Assembly: GCA_002633005.1 (NCBI GenBank)
Contig: NMRA01000833.1
Span: 1,747 to 65,746 of the forward strand
Length of the DNA stretch: 64,000 nt
Direction of reading: 5' to 3'
DNA from: Phoronis australis
Lineage: Eukaryota > Animalia > Phoronida
In this document: piece by piece, positions 11,901-22,110 of the stretch
Layout: each line of letters begins with the position of its first letter
Numbering within the stretch: the first letter of the stretch is position 1
Program-made: the position numbers and the translations under genes
Notes under the pieces: model-generated
The model's database searches: none
What the model was told of the DNA's origin: nothing
What the model saw: the letters and a program-made list of their open reading frames with translations, nothing else

Positions 11901-14900
11901 TATTAAGTCGTAAATGGTTTACTTACAAGCTCTCCGAGTTGACATGATTATTTCAATTCTAACGTTGTTTTCAAGGGCTTAAAATTGCGGAATTGTTCTA
12001 GGTTAGCAAAGATCAGCTTGATGAAAAACATGTGACAAATTCAATCTCAAGTATCCTTATTTGTTCATTCAAGGTAACGTCTTATCTCACCAACTTTTCT
12101 GTGAAGTACGCTTTCTTTCCATAATTGGCTGCTTTGCTACAATCAAGACTGAAATTCACAACCTTGTTTTCATTTAGATATATCAACTGTTCCCTGCCAC
12201 GCAGGGGGCACACATTGCCCCGCCAATGCCTTCTGTTTCAAGGCCACCAAAGTCTGCAAGTGTAAGTGGGGTTACGTGGCTGTCCAGGGCCAGTGTCTAG
12301 GTAAATATAACCATCAGTTTTAAGTTTAAATCAGCTTACATACATATATCTCGTATCACGGTATACTGACCCACAGGTATCATCACATACGTCATATTAT
12401 ATGTATATACATATTTCAAGCAAAGCGCCTAGTCTTCTGAGGCACAAATCAAATTACCATTCACTATCTGAGGCAACAGGTAATCATCACAAATTACCAT
12501 TCACTATCTGTGGCAACAGGTAATCATCCCAAATCAAATTACCATTCACCATCTGAGGCAACAGGTAATCATTCCAAATCAAATTACCAATCACTATCTG
12601 AGGCATTAGGTAATCATCACAAATTACCATTCACTATCTGTGGCAACAGGTAGTCATCACAAAACTGAATAACATTATTTATATGTAAGTGTATAAAAAA
12701 CTTTATGCAAATGAATATATCAATAGTTTTTGTAATTTTGATATATTCATTACAGTAAACAGGCCTCTGTCCCATGTNNNNNNNNNNNNNNNNNNNNNNN
12801 NNNNNNNNNNNNNNNNNNNNNNNNNNNNNNNNNNNNNNNNNNNNNNNNNNNNNNNNNNNNNNNNNNNNNNNNNNNNNNNNNNNNNNNNNNNNNNNNNNNN
12901 NNNNNNNNNNNNNNNNNNNNNNNNNNNNNNNNNNNNNNNNNNNNNNNNNNNNNNNNNNNNNNNNNNNNNNNNNNNNNNNNNNNNNNNNNNNNNNNNNNNN
13001 NNNNNNNNNNNNNNNNNNNNNNNNNNNNNNNNNNNNNNNNNNNNNNNNNNNNNNNNNNNNNNNNNNNNNNNNNNNNNNNNNNNNNNNNNNNNNNNNNNNN
13101 NNNNNNNNNNNNNNNNNNNNNNNNNNNNNNNNNNNNNNNNNNNNNNNNNNNNNNNNNNNNNNNNNNNNNNNNNNNNNNNNNNNNNNNNNNNNNNNNNNNN
13201 NNNNNNNNNNNNNNNNNNNNNNNNNNNNNNNNNNNNNNNNNNNNNNNNNNNNNNNNNNNNNNNNNNNNNNNNNNNNNNNNNNNNNNNNNNNNNNNNNNNN
13301 NNNNNNNNNNNNNNNNNNNNNNNNNNNNNNNNNNNNNNNNNNNNNNNNNNNNNNNNNNNNNNNNNNNNNNNNNNNNNNNNNNNNNNNNNNNNNNNNNNNN
13401 NNNNNNNNNNNNNNNNNNNNNNNNNNNNNNNNNNNNNNNNNNNNNNNNNNNNNNNNNNNNNNNTACTTTGAGTCGAAAATAATAAATTTTTTTGCTTTCA
13501 GCAATAGCGGATGTTCCTTGTAGCGCGGGTGGCACTAAATGTCCAGCAAACTCTTTCTGTGACAAAAACCAGAAAGTGTGTAGATGTACGTTTGGCTTCG
13601 TGCTCTTCCAGGGTTCATGCCAAGGCAAGTAAAACTCGGTTTTTATTTCCAATGAACCGTCAATTCGTCGACAACAGTTTACGTCAAGAAGCAAAGGCAA
13701 ATATTGTTTTCTTGGTGCAATTATTATTATCATTATTTAAACACTTACTTACACATTTTGCTAAAAATAAATGGGCTTCTCAATGAGTTTTTCCCTCGCA
13801 CCTAGTCTAATGTCGGTGTTGTTGTTTTTCTAGCTATAGGGACTGTTCCATGTGAGGCCGGAGGTTTGAAGTGCCCCGTTGGTGCTGTGTGTAATGTCGT
13901 CAGTAAAAAATGTGTATGCAAGTCCGGATTAATTTTGTATCAAGGATCATGTCAAGGTTGGTATATACAGATCACAATTGTCCCTGAACAAAACATTTCA
14001 AGAGCCACGTTCCTTTCCAAAATGTTCAGGTTGCTTCTTATGGTGCATCGTGATAAAATGCTTCTTGGTTTTGTCACTTGTACATGACAGAACAAGTTAC
14101 ATGTAGTCACATTCTCCTGTGTGGTATGGCCGAAAGATGGCGTTTCAAACATGCGCCCGGGGTCTAATATTTCACTGGAAATCGAAATTGCTATTATTTT
14201 TCTCTAATCCGTCCTGTTATTAAGATCAACTTTGGCATTCGATTGATGCAAAGCATACCGGTGTAGTGGTCTACATTTATCGATATCATGGTAAAAGTCC
14301 ATACCGGTATAGTGGTCTACATTTATCGATAGCATGGTAAAAGTCCATACCAGTATAGTGGTCAACATCTATCGATATCATGGTACATGCATGCCGATGT
14401 AGTGGTCTACATTTATCGACATCATGGTAAAAGTCCATACCGGTGTAGTGGTCTACCTCTACACATAGGGCTGTAGGTGGAACAACTCATCATTTTACTC
14501 ATATCCGCGTTTACTCTTTGGGAACTCGCAACACATATGTCTGGAACAGTCACAGTTCTAAAAAATGGCAGCTGCATGTGTTATAGACACCAGAAGCCGT
14601 GCACTTTACCTAGTTTAGAAACTACTTAGATTATAAAATTCTATGTGCACAGCTACCTAATGACTTTCAGATTTCGAATTGCAAGAGAGACTATACTAGA
14701 AATTGCAAAAGCTGTGTTGAGACAGGTCGTTAATTCTTGAAATGATTCTAGGCCCCTTGGTGAAAGGAGCCGCGATAATAACATCAATAAGTACTTTGCT
14801 TTTGAAATGATATATCATTTTCCTCATTACCATATATGTGCTCTAATGCTTTTTTTACTGACAATGTATTTTATTCAAAAGTGGAGGACAATCTACATGC

Positions 14901-17900
14901 TCTATTTCTTCCTGATAAATCTCGCGCTGATTTTTCTTTCACGTTTGCTAGTAGGTACCGCTTGGCCAGAGTCGTTAGCACTCGACAGGAAGTGTAGAAT
15001 GGTGTTATCTCTGTATTCTGGTGCCTTCATGGAGGCTGATGTTTTTCGCCATAAAAGCAATTGCATACAGTGCGTTTCAAACACCCAAGACCGTCACAAA
15101 AATTAAATATCGTTAATTTCTGGTGGTTTTCTGCTGTCCTGTTCATAGACAATGACTTCGGATTGTGTACGATGTTAACAGGCTCCTCGGTGTTCTTTGG
15201 TTAATTGTAGTGATGTTTTGAACCAATGAATCTTCACTTTCTAAGTATTTAACAGGCTTTGAGACAATAACAAACCCTGGATGAACCCATCTAATTTCTG
15301 ATGAAGTCATGCTGGCATCTGGGCTTCCATAAGTGATTCGGCAGTTCCTGTCATCTACGCGTCTTTCCAAAGGCGCGCAAATGTTGCGCTACACACCGCG
15401 TTCTTGGGCTTTTGCCGTCCACAGGCTTCATAACGGATTACTGTATGTTATAGACCAATAATGTGCGAGAGTCCAAGAGATGGACAGTGCTAGTAACAGA
15501 AAGTTCTTTCAATCGTGCTTAATAATCAGATGTTTTACACAGTCAATTATAAAGGGACGTACATCTAATGCAAAGCTCTGATCAGGACTTGGGACATCGA
15601 AACTCTTTTGGTACACATTCTCATTTTAGCAAAAGAAATCGTTCCTTGTGCAGTGGGAGGAACCAAGTGTCCTGCACATTCCATTTGCAACACCACTCAA
15701 CAAGTGTGCTGGTGCAGTGCTGGTAAAGTCATGTTCAGTGGAAGTTGCCAAGGTAATTAAGAGTACAAGTGTATGCAAATGCATATTTATGTATTAAAGA
15801 GGGGTTATGTTACCTTCATTGAATGCAAATAGTTAAAAGCAGTACCCATGTAAAATGAGTAAATGCAATAATTTAGGGACGAGTGGTGGATATTTGATTG
15901 CAGTAACTTAACCAACACAGCTAGGCAAAAACAACAAATAACTCCAGTAGTTATCATTCTGAGCCTAAAAACAAAAAACACGTGTTCATAGTTTCTTGTT
16001 GTTTAAATAGAGGAGCCCATACTCATAGAGGTAATGTTTTATATTGAAGATTTAGAAAATGTACCGTGCGTTTCCGGGGGAAGTAAATGTCCAGCAAATG
16101 CAAAGTGTGTCGAGAAACAATGCAGGTGTAATGAAGGATATGTGCTAAAGGCCGGAATTTGTACAGGTAATATTGCTTTGGACTCATAACCGTGTGTAAT
16201 CGCCCGCCATTTCAACCAGTAAAGGAGCGTTGAAGTTATTGCAAACCTTTGCTGGAAAAGCTGTAATAAAGAATTGTGGAACTCTGTGTTTTTTGAATTA
16301 CGATAATCTTGGCTTGAGACCATTGCTCTTGACTGTAACGTGTGTATAGTCACCTTTTGTGAATTAAGCATCTGACAGTTGCTGCATTGAATTCAAGTTC
16401 TATTGTTTTCAGTCTTTCTTACGTGTATGTCAGTTTAGATTTCATCTGAGTCATCTGAATACCGTTGAGCCTACTCATTGAAATTTCGAGTTCTTCTGGT
16501 GATGCCTTGTTATATTTCATTCTTTAGACATTGATGAGTGCGCAGATTCAACTCTCAACACTTGCGACAAAGTCAACGGGATCTGCACGAACATAGCTGG
16601 AAGTTACAAGTGCAGCTGCAAAAAGGGTTTAGTGTTGTACAAAGGCAACAAGTGTGGCAAAAAAGACCTTAAAAGTATGTTTAAATTCTATTTGATATGA
16701 GCTACGTTCTGTCACACCATTAGCTCCCTTTTTTGATTTGGCGTGATCAGACAAGTGTCGCAAGATGTCGGCATGTACCTAAATAAACCCAATAAACTAT
16801 GAAGCATTCTTGAACGTTGGTGGGAAAAAAATATTATCTTGCAAGAACATTACGAAACCGTTTTTAAGAATATAAACTACTAATTTGATTGTCGTTTTAG
16901 CAAACTCAAGACGGTGATGTGCACTTTTAAGCCAAGCACTATTGCTCATTGGTTTGGTCTGAACTAACTTCGTGGCGCAAAATATTCACTAGTAGACGCT
17001 ACACATAGTGAGATTTTGGGTTGGCTAACCCAAAATTGCAGATTCCAAAGTAATGCATACACGCATGCATTGCTGTGATCTGAGTTGCCGGTCATTCAGC
17101 AATATTTTACCAAGCTGGTAATTGTGTGGCCAGATTTTTAAACCCCAATGCGTGATGGTCAAGAATGCAACAGCTAAACAATGTGATATGCATAGTCAGA
17201 GTCCTCTTGCGGTAAAAATAAACATTCGAGTGTAAGTCACGTGACACTTATCTCCACTAATATTATTTTATTTGATAATTACGTAATTACAATAATAATT
17301 ATAGTAATAAGTAAAAGTCACACGATAAGAAATTCAAAAGAATTTTGTAAACTATCTGGATAAAACCATGAAGTAAAAACTTTGTCGTGGCCCACACAAA
17401 ACTAGAAATATAAATATTACGAATAAATAATAAATTTCAAATAATCATACAGGAGGAATGAGAAATGTGAAAGCCAGCTGAAAAATGTAGAAGGAAGTAA
17501 TAAGGTAGATCTCAAATGAATAGATACATAATTTAATTAATAAATGAAGTCAGAGTTTTGCCTTCTCTCAGTAAGACTAAATAGATATTGTTTGACTGTT
17601 TAAATTTGGAATATTTCTCAGGTGGCCAGGAAGGGAATGCCATAGAACTATGGTTGATTTTTAAAGTTTTATATTCGTGTGCTTTGACTGTTGATAGAAT
17701 AATGCCATTATCGCTTCTTCTAGTACTGTGAGAATGGTTTGGTTAAAATGCTCAAACGTGATCAAAGAGATACTTTGGGGGTGTTTCTATGAACTATTTC
17801 ATGAATAAGGTGGAGTTTGAGTTGGTTTACTCGACTTTCAATATTTAACCAGCCAAGGACTGAAAATGATGAAAACTAATGTGAGTATTAGGGTGTAAAC

Positions 17901-19473
17901 TGAGAAGATACCTTATTATTTTTTTTCACACACATGGTGCTTTTAGCGAAAACAAGTATTTAAACTGGAAAACCAACTTGGACAAGCATAATCAAAAAAG
18001 GAATTATTAATGAATTGCACATGACTTTATGTGTCCTTATGTCTAAGCATAAAATGTACAATGTAGTCTACAATTGTATTTTTTAATAATACACTAAGTT
18101 GTCTCCTCAAACATTAAGAGTTTTTTATCCATGAGATGAGCATGAAGTGAGAACACTACCATTACACGCTACATTAAAGTCAACATGGTTTGATTTACCA
18201 ACATGAAGGGATAGTATGCTATCAATATATGAATCACATAGGTTATTGACTTCATTAATAAGAGGCTGCTAAATACTGAGACGTTCCTATGGGAGAAATA
18301 AGACAGAATCGTCTGCGTACTGAAGAAGATTACAATCAACTACAGATTCCATGTCATAAACATACAGCAGAAATAACAAGGGGCCCAGAATAGAGCCCTG
18401 GGGGACGCCTTAGTTCAGTCTGACAGCCAAGTATGTCAACGACGTGGGCTCTAAAAGTTAAATAAGAGTCGAACCACTTGACAGAATTCTGTGCAAGACC
18501 AACAGATTTTAATTTATCAATCAAAATATCATGATCTACCGTCTCGAATGCGTTTTGTAGATCAATTAAAACCATGTCATCACTTTTACCGGCATCGAGA
18601 GCTAATTTTATATTGGCAGTAAGGTAAGACAAGCAGGTTTCAGTGGAAATAGAAGACCGATCACCATACTTGAATTGTTTTCCAGTTGTTAATAGACAAA
18701 TCCTAAAAATCTTAGAAATTATACAAAAGATTAATACTGGTCTATTATTAGACACGTTCAATCTGGTATTCTTCTTAAAAAGAGGGATAACTTTAGCGAA
18801 ATTAAAGTTTTCTAAAACTTCTTACTGGCATTACAATTATTATTGATTTGATTCGATAAAAATAGACTTTGGCCAATTTAATTTTGTTACGCAATATACG
18901 GAATTCGGAGTAGATATCAGGTCGATGATTTCTTTTAAAAACCCTTTATACTTTGTCTCGAGCATAATTATTTTCTATTTGTTGCCCAACGTTGACATCT
19001 AGCTTTAATTTTTAGGTGCTCAATTGGAGAAACAGAATCAATGACGCAAAAATTAAACCAGGATCTGTCAACATCGTTACAATATGTGACTACACTCCAC
19101 TCAACTTAGTTTAATTAGCACACTCTCAAGTTATTGGCAACTCTTAAGTAGCCCGCAACTCCGCAAGGCTAGTGTTTTTTTACAATTTTGTTTTGGGGTT
19201 AAATTTCCATTACATTACATTCGCCAAAAACAAAGTCTGATGTTCACTGACGTAACCTACTCCATGTTTAACATCAGTAATGGCTATCTGTTTGCAGAGT
19301 ATTGTGACGCCTTTGGCAATCGCTACACGCCCATTGACGACTGTAAGCGGTACCGACAACAGGTGATAGGGACGGACCGATCGTTCAATTTAAGCTGTCC
19401 TGGCACCTTGATCTTCAACGCGGAAACTTGTGTCTGTGACTGGCCACGTAATGTAATATGCACTGCAGAATAG
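3076..19473 (+). CDS. Gene model A (5'-partial): extracellular multi-EGF/EB-module protein with cbEGF and C-terminal chitin-binding CBM14 (peritrophin-A) domain; 13 exons
   Basis: Exons 3076-3198, 3827-3949, 4794-4916, 7612-7734, 8628-8750, 11668-11790, 12178-12300, 13502-13624, 13834-13956, 15630-15752, 16050-16166, 16528-16674, 19298-19473. All are AG-bounded with phase-1 junctions and splice into one open frame ending TAG 19471-19473. No start or signal exon is seen in the window. Confidence 0.88.
3414..3731. repeat. Intronic tandem repeat, about 77-86 bp unit x4
   Basis: TAGTACATCTGTTATAAGCAA...GGAAGTACCAAGCACTTCAAGTAACATTACA recurs at about 3414, 3491, 3577, 3662. Confidence 0.9.
3827..3949 (+). 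CDS. Gene A exon, EB/EGF-like module 2
   Basis: gtgcag|AG...CAAG|gtaggc, 123 nt; xVGKVACESGGTLCPSNSECDLASKKCKCSAGYVHYQGKCQ. Confidence 0.9.
4013..4215. repeat. Tandem duplication, 98 bp x2
   Basis: AACTTTCTCCAGG...AACTAGGCACGARGGTGCTT at 4013 and 4111. Confidence 0.92.
4794..4916 (+). CDS. Gene A exon, EB/EGF-like module 3
   Basis: ttgcag|AA...CAAG|gtaggg, 123 nt; xINKVPCASGGTLCPTNAVCNKKTKSCKCKVGYIDFQGKCQ. Confidence 0.9.
5846..5983 (+). mobile_element. 3' tail of an L2/Crack-type LINE ending in (TAT)23 microsatellite
   Basis: AGGACC...TGTCCTC stem, AATAAA at 5906-5911, then a perfect TAT run 5915-5983. The microsatellite is certain; the LINE origin is inferred. Confidence 0.6.
6640..7110 (-). 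pseudogene. Decayed ISL2EU/PIF-Harbinger (DDE_Tnp_4) transposase fragment
   Basis: GET*SQYKSHNTVK...DKYIVQKSGFLKYLLPKDKVMADRGFTIDE...LNIPAF...ISKVRFNLERAIRRLKSF, with stops and frameshifts. Confidence 0.88.
7612..7734 (+). CDS. Gene A exon, EB/EGF-like module 4
   Basis: tttcag|CT...CAAG|gtgagt, 123 nt; xIATVPCASGGTKCSENAFCDTSSKVCRCAPGYVLFQGKCQ. Confidence 0.9.
8628..8750 (+). CDS. Gene A exon, EB/EGF-like module 5
   Basis: ttttaag|CA...CAAG|gtattg, 123 nt; [41 protein letters not shown]. Confidence 0.88.
9088..9292. repeat. Minisatellite, 50 bp x4
   Basis: TTGTTATGTTTACATGTATGTGTATACTGAATATGTTCAGTGCTTGTACA at 9088, 9138, 9188, 9238. Confidence 0.95.
9700..11541. mobile_element. Helentron/HINE-like non-autonomous element with degenerate internal tandem units of about 140-150 bp
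   Basis: TCTGTCTGTCC-type microsatellite head near 9713, recurring CC(A/C)(C/T)CTAGTGGC+T-run and ATCTCCTAAACCC/GAAATTT blocks, and a 3' end GGCGCATTTCAACGCTCCAGATTGCTCTAGTT. The family assignment is inferred. Confidence 0.55.
11668..11790 (+). CDS. Gene A exon, EB/EGF-like module 6
   Basis: ttttag|AG...CAAG|gtaaca, 123 nt; xRSKVPCESGGTRCPANSFCNTAKKTCHCNWGYILFQGHCQ. Confidence 0.9.
12178..12300 (+). CDS. Gene A exon, EB/EGF-like module 7
   Basis: catttag|AT...CTAG|gtaaat, 123 nt; xISTVPCHAGGTHCPANAFCFKATKVCKCKWGYVAVQGQCL. Confidence 0.9.
   Translation: MYQLFPATQGAHIAPPMPSVSRPPKSASVSGVTWLSRASV
12446..12662. repeat. Minisatellite, about 38-43 bp x5
   Basis: CAAATTACCATTCACTATCTGWGGCAACAGGTAATCATC repeated. 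Confidence 0.92.
13502..13624 (+). CDS. Gene A exon, EB/EGF-like module 8 (GC donor)
   Basis: ctttcag|CA...CAAG|gcaagt, 123 nt; xIADVPCSAGGTKCPANSFCDKNQKVCRCTFGFVLFQGSCQ. Confidence 0.85.
13834..13956 (+). CDS. Gene A exon, EB/EGF-like module 9
   Basis: tttctag|CT...CAAG|gttggt, 123 nt; xIGTVPCEAGGLKCPVGAVCNVVSKKCVCKSGLILYQGSCQ. Confidence 0.9.
14254..14456. repeat. Minisatellite, about 46 bp x4.5
   Basis: CATACCGGTRTAGTGGTCTACATTTATCGATATCATGGTAAAAGTC repeated. Confidence 0.92.
15630..15752 (+). CDS. Gene A exon, EB/EGF-like module 10
   Basis: ttttag|CA...CAAG|gtaatt, 123 nt; xKEIVPCAVGGTKCPAHSICNTTQQVCWCSAGKVMFSGSCQ. Confidence 0.9.
16050..16166 (+). CDS. Gene A exon, EB/EGF-like module 11 (2 aa shorter loop)
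   Basis: ttgaag|AT (or tttag|AA at 16056)...ACAG|gtaata; xLENVPCVSGGSKCPANAKCVEKQCRCNEGYVLKAGICT. Confidence 0.85.
16528..16674 (+). CDS. Gene A exon, calcium-binding EGF domain
   Basis: ctttag|AC...AAAA|gtatgt, 147 nt; DIDECADSTLNTCDKVNGICTNIAGSYKCSCKKGLVLYKGNKCGKKDLK with the cbEGF D-I-D-E-C and C-x-N-x4-Y-x-C signature. Confidence 0.92.
17350..18810 (-). mobile_element. 5'-truncated, decayed non-LTR retrotransposon (CR1/L2/Crack group) reverse transcriptase in the last intron of gene A
   Basis: LAKVIPLFKK...NNRPVLIFCIISKIF...STETCL...MVLIDLQNAFETVDHDILIDKL...WFDSYL, then GVPQGSILGPLLFLLY...QYADDS after a frameshift (about 18310-18410). Confidence 0.9.
19298..19473 (+). CDS. Gene A terminal coding exon, chitin-binding type-2 (CBM14/peritrophin-A) domain
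   Basis: tttgcag|AG; xYCDAFGNRYTPIDDCKRYRQQVIGTDRSFNLSCPGTLIFNAETCVCDWPRNVICTAE*. CPGxLxFN-x4-CDWPxNVxC is the typical CBM14 C-terminal half. Confidence 0.85.
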
Positions 19474-19892
19474 ATTGGCGGCGTTGCTGGTCTGGTAGAG
19501 CTTCCTTGCACTAGGTTTATAGTGCTTTTTTGTTCAGCAAGCCGCAGTTGGTCACATACTGTGTGATCCACATAGGAACAATTACTCTGCTATAGAATTC
19601 GTTCAAACAGTATCAAGTAAAGACAAAAAACGGGAAACACTGTTATGGTGGCAGCACTTTTTATGTATTTGCATTTTTTCGAATGGTAGATAGTTATATT
19701 TAGATCATAATCGTATATCTTAGTTTAAACCTGGCTGGTGTTGTGGATATTGGTTCATAATGTACATCGCATTCGCCACTCAAAGCGCCACTGTACATTA
19801 CTTTAGCGAGTTTGTTCTCAAAAAAAACTTAGCATTCACTGTTCTGAAAATTACACGTACTTACATGTGAAGTGATTGTGAATTTCGGGAAG

Positions 19893-19898
19893 AATAAA
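19893..19898 (+). promoter_or_regulatory. Candidate polyadenylation signal of gene A
   Basis: AATAAA about 420 nt after the stop codon, followed by a GT/T-rich tract (ttcggtttttggtggtttttgtt, about 19930-19953). Confidence 0.55.
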
Positions 19899-20859
19899 CA
19901 GATCGCTGTTGCCGAGAAGTCGACACAATTTCGGTTTTTGGTGGTTTTTGTTATGTACGCCGAAAGAAACTAGGCCGACAGTCAAGTTCAACCAAGCTGG
20001 TTGCATGGCCTAACGTTAGATAGAGTTATTTAGGGGCGCTTAGACACTTTACTTTATCAGATTGTGAACGGATATTGCTTAATTTTCGACTGTGTTGAAA
20101 TCCTAGCTAATTCAATGTGCTGGATACAGACTTCAGTATACACTAAAAACGATCCTATCAAATAGGCCTACGTGTATGCAGCATCAAATGTTGGTGTTGC
20201 TGGGATTTAAAAATGCTAAGGAAGTAGTAGAATGGTGGCATTGCATACATTATCTTTACTTGACAGACAATAACTAAAGGTTTTATAAGTGATGGCGCTT
20301 GATTTATGTTCTGTGGTAGGAAATGATTGAAAGCGGCTGTGAACTCACCTTCCGTCACAAAAATCAAAAATTTGGTTTAGACAACTTTGTCAAAATAGAT
20401 ACATGTATGATTATCCTACCAGGAAAGACCTGCCAGGCTCTAATAATTACTTGAACGGCGTTTGCTTCAAATCTTTGAGGAAGTCGGTCAGTCTTCGGCT
20501 TTCCAAAAGCTATTTCTCATCTAAGCAACAGGAACAAGATGAACCCAAATTTAATGTTTTAAGTGGTCTAAACAGGTTTTTCGACGGAAAGCTGGTTTAT
20601 TGCCGCTTCAAGTGTTTGCTGTTTACGCTACTTTTTTCCGACTGTGGATTGTAACCTGTGGAGCCGTTAAAACTATAGGACAAAAGAATTGTCTTTTGTT
20701 TCTGTCGTATCCATTGTTATACATGCATAAGCTATGAAATAAATGTTGGTCTGGTGTAAACTTCTTTCTCCTACATGTACTTGTTGCTTGTAAATGCTAT
20801 TCGCGACAACTCACCGTTCCTTATTGCTCTAAAAGTCTAAAGTCAAGAAACGTGCTATG

Positions 20860-20937
20860 CCAATCAAATGAGTCACACACATTTCCTTACCATAAGGGCG
20901 TGGCTTCAAAACTTGCCTGGAGAAAGTTTTATAAAAG
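20860..20937 (+). promoter_or_regulatory. Candidate Pol II promoter motif cluster
   Basis: CCAAT 20860-20864, TGAGTCA (AP-1) 20869-20875, GGGCGTGGC (Sp/KLF) 20896-20904 and TATAAAAG 20930-20937, in canonical order; motif evidence only. Confidence 0.3.
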
Positions 20938-22110
20938 GTTGTAAGCCTATGTTTAACTAGGATTGTGTTATACTTTTGAGTATAATTTGCACGCAGTTCA
21001 TTAAAGTGGCGAGTGATTGTGGTCTTGTAGCTTAAAGGGAAAAAATACCAACTTAAAAACGTCATGCAATATCCTAATAAAATGCTAATTGGGCACGCGA
21101 CCCAATTAATAGCATATCCGGATAAAGTCAAAAATTAAATGCTACAGGCTTTCTAAAGACTGTATACTTTATCGAGTTTAATTCGATAGATCTGTACATT
21201 TCTGGCTAAAGACTTGCCAATGAGGTTTTCAACCGCAAAGGACCTGTGAACCGACTGCACGCTAGCGAGCGAAATTCGTGTTATGATGTTAAGCGCCATG
21301 TGCGACCCCATTGGATGTAAAAGTTTTTGGCTCAAAACAAGCAATGGTCAAAGAGAAAGAAATACTTTCATTGTATTTGATTAAGGAAATGACTCAAGTT
21401 GATGATCTATACATGATTTGTCATACAAGATCTTCACTTTTACTGAAGGAAGTAAACGAAATTGATCGTGTCAAATCGAAATTTGTGCGCCGTTATTGCC
21501 GGTTTCAAGCCACGCGATTTGGTACGCGAGATACTTTCCATTTCAAGTTTCACTGGCGCAACGTCACCCGTCGCTCTTACGCAGTGCGGGACACAACAGA
21601 AGTTTCAGTCGCTCCAACTGAAGACAAATGAAAGCAAAGCTAATCGCAAATTCGATAATACACCAGCCACGTCATTTATAAACGGGTAAACAAGTTGAAG
21701 ACAACAAGTTAGGGTACTCCGATGGTTATGCAGGACCCTTGCAAAATGCCTCATTTTAATTACGTTCAGATTTTCTGCTTTTCGCATTATCGACTGAAAA
21801 CAGTAATTAGAATTGTTCTTAAAATGACCCAGTTTTGAATGAGGGATTATCAATATCATGGCCAATGGGAAAACATTCAAAGTTGTAGAAAACAAAAACA
21901 AATTGATACTTTGGAAAACTATAATGTGTATTTTTGACATTTTAATGGACATTTATCAAAAACGAAATTTGGTCATGTTTTTGATATCGTTGTGTTTCTA
22001 TAAGCGTACCTTTCCTTTTTGATAGTTTTTACTGAAAAACATATGGTCACCTGACCCACTTAGTTGTAGTTTGTTAAAAAGTCAATATCAAGTTGTACAG
22101 ATTTTCTTTC

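Noticed and set aside
14760-15530. Possible transposase or gene remnant (ORFs 14807-15370)
   Set aside because: No recognisable motif, termini or splice pattern.
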